Of a stretch of 64,000 nucleotides of DNA, positions 29,824-39,600 are shown in pieces (position 1 is the stretch's first letter; every line of letters begins with the position of its first letter). The position numbers and the translations under genes are program-made. Origin of the DNA: Candidatus Eiseniibacteriota bacterium (GTDB taxonomy: Bacteria > Eisenbacteria > RBG-16-71-46). The DNA is taken from the NCBI GenBank assembly GCA_963725865.1, contig CAVSAC010000012.1:672001-736000 (forward strand). The letters are read 5' to 3'. The notes below the pieces were generated by a model. That model did no database searches and was not told where the DNA came from. It saw nothing but the letters and a program-made list of their open reading frames with translations.

Positions 29824-32800
29824 ATGTACCGCACGGCCGCTCGGCTCCCTCGTTTCCTCGCCGCGTTCGTCGCGGCCTGTTGTCTGATCGCTAGCTCTCC
29901 TGCGGCGGCGCTGCCGCCGGTCCACACGCCGTTGAACCCGTTCACGGTGAGCGCGACGACGGGCGAGAAACCCCAGTCGAAGGTGTGGAGCCACGCGGGC
30001 ACGTGGTGGTGCGTGATGCCGAACGGGTCGGGCACCTGGGTGTGGCGGCTCGACGGCACCAGCTGGACCAACGTGCTGAAGCTGTCGAACGCGACCGGGG
30101 TGCATGCGGACGTGAAGGCGAGCGGGGCGGTGAGCCAGGTGCTGCTGTTCAACGCGGGCAGCTCGGAGCTGGCCTCGATCGAGTACGTGAGCGCGAGCCA
30201 CAGCTACCAGGCCTGGAGCGCGCGGCCGGCGAACGTGGCGCTGCCGCTGGACGGCAGCACGGAGACGGCGACCCTCGAGCAGGACACCCAGGGGCGGCTG
30301 TGGGTGGTCAGCGACCACGCGGCGGGGGCGGACCAGATCGTGGTCTATTACAGCGACGCGCCGTACAGCAGCTGGAGCGGGCCGGTGACGCTGGCGAGCG
30401 GGATCCACGCGGACGACATCGCGGTGGTGACGGCGCTGGCGGGGGGCCGGATCGGGGTGTTGTGGTCGAACCAGAACACGCAGCGCTTTGGCTTCCGCAC
30501 CCACCTGGACGGGACGGATCCGGCGAGCTGGACGGCGGACGAGGTGCCGGCGTCGCAGTCGGCGCTGAACGTGGGCGCGGGGATGGCGGACGATCACCTG
30601 CACGTGGCGGTGGGCAGCGACGGGACGCTGTACGCGGCGGTGAAGACCAGCTACGACACGGCGGGCTACCCGCGGATCGCGCTGCTGGTGCGGCGTCCGG
30701 GCGGGAGCTGGGACAACCTCTACCCGGTGGATGAGGCGGGCACGCGCGGGCTGGTGCTGCTGGACGAGGGGGCCGCGACGGTGACGGTGGTGTACACCTC
30801 GGTCGAGAGCAGCGGGAACATCCTCTACAAGGAGACGCCGACCGCGGCGATCGCGCTGAGCGGGCCGAGCACGGTGCTGATGCCGGGGGGGCTGAACGAT
30901 CCGAGCAGCCAGAAGCAGAACCTGGCGGGCGCGGTGGTGATCCTGGCCGGCAACGGCAGCAGCGTGAGCAGCGTGCTGCGCTCGAGCGGCGCGTACACGA
31001 TCACGGCGAGCGCGGGCAGCGGCGGCACCATCACGCCGAGCGGGGCGGTGAGCGTGAGCCCGGGCAGCAACCAGCCGTTCACGATCTCGGCGAACAGCGG
31101 CTCCACCATCCTGGACGTGCAGGTGGACGGGGTCTCGGCGGGCGCGGTGGGGAGCTACACGTTCGTCAACGTGACGGCCAACCACACCATCACGGCGAGC
31201 TTCACGGCCGACGGCGGGCCGGCGGGCCTGATCGGCTGGTGGAAGCTGGACGGCGACGTCACCGACGCCTCGGGCAATGGCTACGACGCCACCGTCGTGG
31301 GCAGCCCGGGCTACGTGACGGGCCAGGACGGCCAGGCGCTGAGCCTCAACGGCAGCAGCCAGTACGCGGCGGTGCCGCACGACGCGGCGCTCGGCATGAG
31401 CAACGCGCTGACGCTGGCGACGTGGGTCAATCCGGCCCGCGAGGCCACCCAGAACCTGATCAGCAAGTCCACCAACGGCGGCCTGGACGGCTACGAGCTC
31501 TGCCTGGCCTCTGCATCGTCCACGTCGGGACCCGACAAGGCCTTCTTCCGGCATCAACCAGAAGACCTCGCGGACACCTACCGGATCAACTCGACGACGC
31601 TCTACTCGGACCACCTCAACAGCTGGATCCACCTGGCGGCGACCTACGACGGCGCGACGATGAAGCTGTACGTCAATGGCGTGCTCGAGAGTTCGCTGCC
31701 GGCGGCGATCGCGATCGCGGGCAACACGCTGCCGGTCGGGATCGGCGCCCAGGTGGACGGGAGCGGGAGCGCGAGCCGCTGGTTGCAGGGCGGTCTGGAT
31801 GACGTCCGGATCTACAACCGGGCGCTGAGCGCGGGCGAGATCGCGGCGCTGGCCAGTCTCACCACCTACACCATCGCGGCCGCGGCCGGCGCGGGCGGCG
31901 CGATCAGTCCGAGTGGCGCGGTGGTGGTGAGCCAGGGCGCGAGCCAGAGCTTCGCCATCGCTGCCGACCCCGGCTACCACGTCAGCGACGTGGTGGTGGA
32001 CGGCGGCTCGGTCGGCGCGGTGACCGGCTACACCTTCACCAACGTGCAGTCGCCGCACAGCATCGTGGCCAACTTCGCGCTCGACGTGCCGGCGGGCGAC
32101 CTGGTCGGCCAGTGGCCGATGGACGAGGGCACGGGCACCGTCATCCACGACGGCACCAGTTACCACAATGACGGCAACCTGCTCGGCAGCCCCACCTGGG
32201 CGGCCGGTGTGTCCGGCCAGGCGCTGGTCCTGAACGGGACCGACCAGTACGCGTCGGTGCCCCACAGCTCCTCACTGGACATCACGGGCTCGATCACCCT
32301 GGCGGCGTGGTTCAAGACCACCAAGGTCGGGACCCAAAACGTCATCGCGAAGGCGCTCTACGGCGGGACCGATGGCTACGAACTGAATCTCTCGAGCGGG
32401 GCCAAGCCGTTCCTGCGGCTGAACGGGACCAACCGGCTCGACGCTCTCACGTCCTATCCGACCAATACGTGGATCCACGTCGCGGCGACGTACGACGGCA
32501 CGACGATGAGGATCTATGTGAACGGCGTGCTCGACAACACGGCCGGCGCCGGCATCACGATCAAGTCGAACAGTCTGGCGCTGGGGATCGGGGCCCAGAG
32601 CAACGGAGACGCCAGCCGGATCTTCTCGGGTGCGATCGACGACGCCCGGGTCTACAACCGCGCGCTGAGCGCCGGCGAGATCGCCGCGCTGGCCAGCCTG
32701 CCCTCGACGACCCACACCATCACCGCCGCGGCCGGAGTCAACGGCTCGATCAGCCCGAGCGGCGCGGTGAGCGTGGACGACGGCGCCAGTCAGAGCTTCA

Positions 32801-35800
32801 GCATCGTCGCGAACGCCGGCTATCACGTCGCCGATGTCCTGGTCGACGGAAGTTCAGTGGGTGCGGTCACGGCTTACACGTTCACCGGCGTCATCGCCGA
32901 CCACACCATCGTGGCGAGTTTCGCGGCCGACATGCCGGTAGGCGACCTGGTGGGCTGGTGGAAGCTGGACGGCGACGTCTCGGACGCCTCGACCTACGGC
33001 AACAGCGGCTCGCTCCCCAACGGCGCGATCTGGGGCTCCGGGGTCGAGGGCCAGGCGCTGGTCCTGAACGGTACGAGCCAGTACGCGCAGGTGCCGCACA
33101 GTGCGAGTCTCAGCCTCGCGAGCGGGCTCACGCTCGCGGCCTGGATCAAGCCGGCCAAGCTCGGCACCCAACCGCTGATCGCCAAGGAGACCTACGCGCC
33201 TTCGGTCTGGGGCTACGCCCTCGAGTTGTCGTCGGTCGCTCCCGGTCGGCCGTTCTTCCGGCTCGATGACAACACGCCGGGATCGGGCCGGCTGGATGGA
33301 GTCACCGCCTATCCCCAGGATGGCAACACCTGGATGCACGTCGCGGCGACCTATGACGGCATCACGATGAAGCTCTACGTCAACGGTGTGCTCGACGCGT
33401 GGCAGGCGCGCTCGGTCGCGATTCCGAACAACACGCTGCCCGTGGCGATCGGTGCCCAGAGCACCGGCGAGGCCAACCGGTGGTTCCAGGGCGCGATCGA
33501 CGAGGCGCGAATCTACGACCGGGCACTGAGCGACGCCGAGATCGCGGCGCTGATGAACCACACCATCACCGCCAGCGCCGGGGTGCACGGTTCCATCTCG
33601 CCCGCCGGCGCGGTCTCCGTAGGGCACGGTGGCAGCCAACTCTTCACCATCACGGCGGACCCGGGTTACCGCGTGGCCGACGTGCTGGTGGACGGGGGCT
33701 CGGTGGGGGCGGTCTCGAGCTACGCGTTCACGAGCGTGGTGCACGCCCATTCGATCGCCGCCAGTTTCACCACCAACGCCCCGCCGGGCCAGCCCACGCT
33801 CGCAGGGCCCGCGGATCAGGCGATGAACGTCGCGCTGCCGCCGACGCTGGACGTGGTTCCCAACGACCCGGACTCGCCCCAGCTCACGGTCAAGTTCTAC
33901 GGGCGCGCGGCGAACGGGCCCCCGGGCCCCGACTTCACCGTCGCCGTGCTCCCGGACGCCCAGAACTACACGGGGCAGGTCGGCAACTCGAAGAACGCGA
34001 TGTTCAAGGCGCAGACGCAATGGGCCGTGAGCCAGCGTCTCGCGCGCCGGATCGCCTACGTCGCGCAGCTCGGAGACTGCGTCGACGACGCGTCGGTCCA
34101 GGTCCAGTGGATGCGCGCCGACACGACATTCAGCATCCTCGAGGACCCGGTCACCACTGGTCTTCCGGACGGCATCCCCTACGGCATCGCCGTCGGCAAC
34201 CACGATCAGTACCCCAAGGATAGTCCCGACAACAGCACGCAGAACTACAATCAGTGGTTCGGCGCCGCGCGCTTCCAGGGCCGGAGTTACTACGGCGGCC
34301 ACTTCGCCGACAACGGCGACACCTGGTTCCACTTCTTCAGCGCGAGCGGCCTGGACTTCATCGTCGTCAGTCTGGAGAACGACGGCACGCCCGACGCGGA
34401 TCGGCTGTTCTGGGCCGACAGCCTGCTCAAGAGCCACTCTGAGCGGCGCGCGATCGTGGTGGTCCATTCCATCATCGGGCCGGGCAATCCAGGCAGCTGG
34501 GACGGGGCGGGGCGGACGATCTACGACGCGCTCAAGAACAACCCGAACCTGTTCCTGATGCTGTGCGGACACGTGGGAGATCAGGGGAGGCGGACCGACG
34601 TCTACGACGGGCATACGGTTCACACACTGCTCTCGGACTACCAGGGCTGGTCCAACGGCGGCGACGGATGGATGCGCTACCTGGAGTTCTCGCCCGCGAA
34701 CAGCGCGATCCGGGTCCGCACTTACACCCCATGGCTCGACCAGTACAAGGTGACCGCGGACTCGAGCAGCCAGTTCACGCTCGCCTACGACATGTCGGGC
34801 AGCAGTCCCTACCAGTTGATCGGCACGGTCACGAACGTGATCCCGGGAACGCACGCCACGCTCCCCTGGCCGGATCTCGCCGGGGGAACCCCGTACGAGT
34901 GGTACGTCACGGTCGAAGATGAGGCGAGCACGACCACCTCGACTCCCACCTGGACGTTCACGACGGGTTCGGGTGGCGCTCCGCCGGACCCGGTCGCGAA
35001 CCTGACCGCCACGCGGGTCGCGAGCGGCAACGGCTCGAGCGGCGTGGTCGGTGTCAGCCTGAGCTGGACGCCGCCGCCCCAAATCGGCACCGCGCAGGTC
35101 TATCGCAAGGGCTTCGGCGACCATCCGCGCTACCGCGCCGGCTTCGGAGGCGAACCGGCGATCCCGGCCACCCCCGCCGCGGCCCTGGCGGCGGGCTGGA
35201 CGCTGACGGCCGTCACGGCTCCGAGCCAGACCGACGCTCCGGGCACCCGCGGCTACTGGTACTACGTCGTGTTCACCATCGGCTCGGGTGGGACATCGGG
35301 TCCGTCGAACCGGGCCGGCGCACTCGATTATCTGCTCGGCGACGTGCACAACGGCGAGGTCGGCGGTCAGTGCCAAGGGAACAACGCCGTCGCCACCGAG
35401 GACATCACCTACCTCGGCGCGCACTACGGTGTGTCCGTGGGAGGCGACGACCTGCTGGCGTGTCTGGACGTCGGACCGACCACGGACCGCAGCACGAGCG
35501 CGCGACCAAGCCCCGATGGGACGATCGAATTCGAGGACCTGGTGATGTTCGCGCTGAGCTTCGGCACCAATGCGCGAATCCCGATTGCGGCGCGCCCGGC
35601 CCCGGCGGAACGGGACGCCGTCACGCTCGACGTACCGGGGCTGCCCGCCGTGGGCTCGGAGTTCGCGGTCGCACTCCGGATGTCCGGCACCGGCGCGATC
35701 GCGGCGTTGAGCGCGGAGCTGGAATTCGATCCTGCCGTGGTCGCGCCGCTGGGACTGGCGCCGGGCGCTCTCCTCGCGCAGCAGGGCGCGCCTTCGGTGG

Positions 35801-36279
35801 CGCTCTCGTCGAGCCCGGGGAACGTGGACGTGGCGCTTCTCGGTGGCGCGGGGATCCAGGGTCACGGCGACGTGGCGGTCCTCCGCTTCCGTGTGAAGGC
35901 GGAGGGGGACGCCGGCATCCGGCTCGCAGGCGTGGACGCACGCGATGCGGCGAACCAGCCCAGGGCGATCGCTGGCATGCCGCTAGAGATCCATCTCCCC
36001 GCGCGGACCGCATTCCGCCCCGCCGCGCCCAACCCCTTCCGCGCGACCGTGGCCCTGAGCTTCAGCCTGGACCACCCCGGCGCGGTCGAGTTGGCGATCT
36101 ACTCGGTGGACGGCCGGCGCGTGCGGACGATGATCCGCGGGGAGCGCTCGGCAGGCGAGTATCGGCCCGTCTGGGATGCGACCGATGACCATGGCGAGCG
36201 GGTTCCCGCCGGCGTGTACTTCGCGCGCCTGAGCGCGGGGCCGATCCGGCTCGCACGGACGATCGTGCTCCTGGATTGA
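29824..36279 (+). CDS. Giant secreted protein E: N-terminus shared with B, 3 LamG, Ig repeats, calcineurin-like metallophosphoesterase, X module, dockerin-like, cohesin-like, FlgD-Ig tail
   Basis: Signal peptide; LPDAQ, GDCVD, GNHD, VVVH and CGHV phosphoesterase motifs at ~33930-34790; shared C-terminal cassette. Confidence 0.87.
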   Translation: MYRTAARLPRFLAAFVAACCLIASSPAAALPPVHTPLNPFTVSATTGEKPQSKVWSHAGTWWCVMPNGSGTWVWRLDGTSWTNVLKLSNATGVHADVKASGAVSQVLLFNAGSSELASIEYVSASHSYQAWSARPANVALPLDGSTETATLEQDTQGRLWVVSDHAAGADQIVVYYSDAPYSSWSGPVTLASGIHADDIAVVTALAGGRIGVLWSNQNTQRFGFRTHLDGTDPASWTADEVPASQSALNVGAGMADDHLHVAVGSDGTLYAAVKTSYDTAGYPRIALLVRRPGGSWDNLYPVDEAGTRGLVLLDEGAATVTVVYTSVESSGNILYKETPTAAIALSGPSTVLMPGGLNDPSSQKQNLAGAVVILAGNGSSVSSVLRSSGAYTITASAGSGGTITPSGAVSVSPGSNQPFTISANSGSTILDVQVDGVSAGAVGSYTFVNVTANHTITASFTADGGPAGLIGWWKLDGDVTDASGNGYDATVVGSPGYVTGQDGQALSLNGSSQYAAVPHDAALGMSNALTLATWVNPAREATQNLISKSTNGGLDGYELCLASASSTSGPDKAFFRHQPEDLADTYRINSTTLYSDHLNSWIHLAATYDGATMKLYVNGVLESSLPAAIAIAGNTLPVGIGAQVDGSGSASRWLQGGLDDVRIYNRALSAGEIAALASLTTYTIAAAAGAGGAISPSGAVVVSQGASQSFAIAADPGYHVSDVVVDGGSVGAVTGYTFTNVQSPHSIVANFALDVPAGDLVGQWPMDEGTGTVIHDGTSYHNDGNLLGSPTWAAGVSGQALVLNGTDQYASVPHSSSLDITGSITLAAWFKTTKVGTQNVIAKALYGGTDGYELNLSSGAKPFLRLNGTNRLDALTSYPTNTWIHVAATYDGTTMRIYVNGVLDNTAGAGITIKSNSLALGIGAQSNGDASRIFSGAIDDARVYNRALSAGEIAALASLPSTTHTITAAAGVNGSISPSGAVSVDDGASQSFSIVANAGYHVADVLVDGSSVGAVTAYTFTGVIADHTIVASFAADMPVGDLVGWWKLDGDVSDASTYGNSGSLPNGAIWGSGVEGQALVLNGTSQYAQVPHSASLSLASGLTLAAWIKPAKLGTQPLIAKETYAPSVWGYALELSSVAPGRPFFRLDDNTPGSGRLDGVTAYPQDGNTWMHVAATYDGITMKLYVNGVLDAWQARSVAIPNNTLPVAIGAQSTGEANRWFQGAIDEARIYDRALSDAEIAALMNHTITASAGVHGSISPAGAVSVGHGGSQLFTITADPGYRVADVLVDGGSVGAVSSYAFTSVVHAHSIAASFTTNAPPGQPTLAGPADQAMNVALPPTLDVVPNDPDSPQLTVKFYGRAANGPPGPDFTVAVLPDAQNYTGQVGNSKNAMFKAQTQWAVSQRLARRIAYVAQLGDCVDDASVQVQWMRADTTFSILEDPVTTGLPDGIPYGIAVGNHDQYPKDSPDNSTQNYNQWFGAARFQGRSYYGGHFADNGDTWFHFFSASGLDFIVVSLENDGTPDADRLFWADSLLKSHSERRAIVVVHSIIGPGNPGSWDGAGRTIYDALKNNPNLFLMLCGHVGDQGRRTDVYDGHTVHTLLSDYQGWSNGGDGWMRYLEFSPANSAIRVRTYTPWLDQYKVTADSSSQFTLAYDMSGSSPYQLIGTVTNVIPGTHATLPWPDLAGGTPYEWYVTVEDEASTTTSTPTWTFTTGSGGAPPDPVANLTATRVASGNGSSGVVGVSLSWTPPPQIGTAQVYRKGFGDHPRYRAGFGGEPAIPATPAAALAAGWTLTAVTAPSQTDAPGTRGYWYYVVFTIGSGGTSGPSNRAGALDYLLGDVHNGEVGGQCQGNNAVATEDITYLGAHYGVSVGGDDLLACLDVGPTTDRSTSARPSPDGTIEFEDLVMFALSFGTNARIPIAARPAPAERDAVTLDVPGLPAVGSEFAVALRMSGTGAIAALSAELEFDPAVVAPLGLAPGALLAQQGAPSVALSSSPGNVDVALLGGAGIQGHGDVAVLRFRVKAEGDAGIRLAGVDARDAANQPRAIAGMPLEIHLPARTAFRPAAPNPFRATVALSFSLDHPGAVELAIYSVDGRRVRTMIRGERSAGEYRPVWDATDDHGERVPAGVYFARLSAGPIRLARTIVLLD
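29897..32099 (+). repeat. Inverted repeat arm 2 (~2.2 kb); partner at 13761-15959
   Basis: Reverse complement of the 5' part of gene B. Confidence 0.93.
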
Positions 36280-36288
36280 GCAGCCAGA

Positions 36289-36325
36289 CGTGCCGCGCGA
36301 GCACGGCAGTCGCCCGCGCGGCACG
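36289..36325 (+). terminator. Hairpin downstream of gene E
   Basis: cgtgccgcgcg...cgcgcggcacg 11-bp stem; no U-tract. Confidence 0.4.
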
Positions 36326-36614
36326 GCGAATTCAATGTGCATCGCAGCGAGTTGCCCCACAGCTCGTCTGAGTACTGGATCACGGGCCGCCCCCGTGGCT
36401 CGTTCAAGCGTCGAATCACGAGCCGCCCCCCGCCGCTCGCTACGGGAATACGAGCCGCCCCCCGCGCGCCCGCCAGTCACCGTGAACAGGTGCCATCGAA
36501 CTCCACGGCCAGGTGTCTCACCACAGCAGTGAGCGCTTCGGCCAATCGGCGTCGAAGGTCGGCGAAGAATCAGCGGACTGTCCGTCAGCAGCAGCCGCTC
36601 CTCGGGGGATCGTC

Positions 36615-39600
36615 ATGAGAGGGATCGGGTCGCAGCAGGGTGTCGCGCCGCGGGCAATGCGGTGCGCCGTGTGCCTGTCGTGGATCGGGTTGGAAGTACT
36701 CGCTCTCCTCACCATGGCTCCGGGGTGGGTGCAGGCCGGACGCGCGAAAGCGGTCGAGCAGCGCAGCAGCGGCAAGCATGCCGCGAGGCTCGCACCGCTC
36801 ATGCCGCTCGCGGAGCCTGCCGCCACACCCGTCATGTGGGAGGTGGGCAATGCCGGCTCCCAGGCGACCCATCAGGCGGGCAGTCCCGTGCCGAGCGGTT
36901 CCCCACGCAGACCGATGGGCCCCCTGTCCGACGGGCCGGAGCCGACCGGCTGGTACTCGGGCGACATGCACGTGCATCGCAGCTGTGGCGGCACTCCGGC
37001 GCCGGTGTCGACCATCTACGACGCCATGGTCGCGCAGGATGTCGCGGTCGTGTCCCTCCTGGCGGACATGGGCAACGGTGAGGTGAAGGACCCGGTCACC
37101 GATCTCCCGCTGGTGAGCGGGGAGGACGATCCGATCTCCACGCCCGGGCGAATCATCCACTGGGACGCCGAATGGCATTGGGACGCCATCTATACCCAGT
37201 ACCCCCACCAGGCATTGGGCGGGCATCTGAACAACCTCGGCCTCAGGGAGGCGCACCAGATCTGGGACGAGTACACCTATCCGATCCTGCAGTGGGTCCA
37301 TCAGCAAGGGGGCATCTCCGGGTTCGTGCACATGCAGTACCTCCCGGACGGCATCCCGCAGACCCTGAACTGCTGTCTCCCGATCGAGTATCCGGTCGAG
37401 GTGGCCCTCGGGGCGGCGGACTACGTCGCGGAGGACGTCGCCGGAGGAGATGCCGCCATCCAGGCCTACTACCGCCTGCTGAATTGCGGTCTCCGGCCCG
37501 GCCTCGCGGCTGGCACCGATGCCCCCTGCGGTCAGGTCATCGGGCCGCTCGTGACCTTCGCGCAGGTCCCCGGCACGCTGACCTACCGCGGCTGGATCGA
37601 CGCCATCGCGCGGGGCAGGACGGTCGTCTCGCGAGTTGGAAGCGGCCAGTTCCTGGACCTGCAGGTGAACAGTACCGCCACGCCGGGTGACGAGATCCAG
37701 CTCGCCACCGGCGGCGAGGTACAGGTGTCGGTCCAGTGGAGCGCGAACCAGAGCGCGACCGGGACGATCGAGCTGGTGCACAACGGGGTCGTGGTGGCCA
37801 GCAAGGCAACGGCGGTCGCTTCCGGCGCTCCGGACGTCCTCACGGCGGCGGTGGATCTCCAGCAGAGCGGCTGGCTCTGCGCCAGGGTGATGGGAGGAGA
37901 TGGGCACATGGTGCACACCGCGGCCGTGTTCGTCACCGTCGCGGGTGCGCCGGTGCGGGCCAGCGTCGCGGACGCCCAGTTCTACATCGATTGGATCGAC
38001 CAGTTGATCGAGAAGACGTCGCCGGGCGGGGTGTGGAACGGCTACTTCCAGGACGATCTGGCCGCGGCGCAGGCCCGCTACCAGGCGGCCAAGGCGGTGT
38101 ATCAGCAGATCGCAGCAGGTGGCGACGTCGCCCCGTCCGTGGTCTGGCATCTGCCGGCGAGCGACGGGACGGAAGTGCCCGTTGGCGCGAGCCTCAGCGC
38201 GCGGTTCAACGAAGCGCTGGACCCCGGCAGCGTTTCGGCCGCGACATGTCCGGCTGGAGGACGCGTCTCACAATCCCGTGGCGGCCGGCGTGACCTACGA
38301 TGCGGGCCTGCGCACGATCGTGCTCACGCCAGCTGCCCCGCTCGGATTCGCCACGACCTACACCGCGACGCTCGGCGGCGGTGGCGGTGGCATCCAGGAT
38401 CCGGCAGGGACCGTCGCTGGCGGCCGACGAGTCGTGGTCGTTCACCACCGCGGCGCAGGACATCACGCCTCCCACGGTGACATCGCGCTCGCCACTGCCG
38501 AGTGCTACCGGCGTGACGCTGTCCACCACGGTGACCGCCACGTTCGACGAGGCCCTGGACCCGGCCACGGTCGGCACGAGCACGTTCGAGCTTCGCGATG
38601 CCGCGAGTGCTCTCGTGCCGGCCACGGTGACGCTGAGTGCTCTGGGACGAGTGGCGACGCTGGCGCCCTCGGCTGCGCTGGCGTACGCCACCACCTACAC
38701 CGCGACGCTGAAGGGCGGGGCCGGTGGCATCGCGGACCTCGCGGGAGTCGCACTGGGGTCGGACGTGTTTTGGTCGTTCACCACGCACGACCCGCCGCCG
38801 CCGCCGCCCGACGAGGGGCCCGGCGGGCCGATTCTCGTGGTCGGCTCCGCAGCCAATCCCTTCACGCGGTACTACGCCGAGATCCTCCGCAACGAGGGCC
38901 TCAATGCCTTCATGGTGCGCGACATCTCCCAGGTGAACGCCATCGACCTGGCCAGCTACGACGTCGCGATCCTGGGCGAGATGCCCCTCACCTCCGACCA
39001 GATCCTCATGTTCACCGACTGGGTGACCGCCGGCGGCAACCTCATCGCCATGCGGCCGGACCGACAGTTGGAGTCGTTGCTGGGACTCACGGATGCCGCC
39101 GGCACGCGAGCCAACGCCTACCTGCTCATCGACACGGCGTCGGGACCCGGCCACGGCATCGCCGGCGAGACCATGCAGTACCACGGCACCGCCGACCTCT
39201 ACACCCTGAACGGCGCGACCGCGCTGGCTACCCTGTATTCGGACGCCAGCACGCCGACGGCGAATCCCGCGGTGACGCTGCGGAGCGTCGGGTCCAACGG
39301 CGGACAGGTCGCGGCATTCACGTACGACCTGGCACGCTCCGTGGTCTATACGCGCCAGGGAAACCCGGCATGGGCGGGTCAGGAGCGCGACGGCAATAGT
39401 CCCGTACGCAGCGACGATCTCTTCTATGGCAACGCCGCCGGCGACCCGCAGCCCAACTGGGTCGACCTCAACAAGGTCGCCATCCCGCAGGCCGACGAGC
39501 AGCAGCGCCTGCTGGCCAACATCGTCCTCAAGACCAACCTGGACCGCAAGCCGTTGCCCCGATTCTGGTACTTCCCGCGCGGCAAGAAGGCGGTCGTCGT

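Noticed and set aside
13761..32099. Repeat pair as a diversity-generating retroelement TR/VR or a shufflon
   Set aside because: No reverse transcriptase or site-specific recombinase in the window; the repeat is 2.2 kb, lies at the 5' ends, and both copies are coding.
36507..36530. ECF-type promoter motif (GAAC...TCTC) shared with ~21544-21567
   Set aside because: Spacing is inconsistent (13-14 bp) and the match is too short to support.
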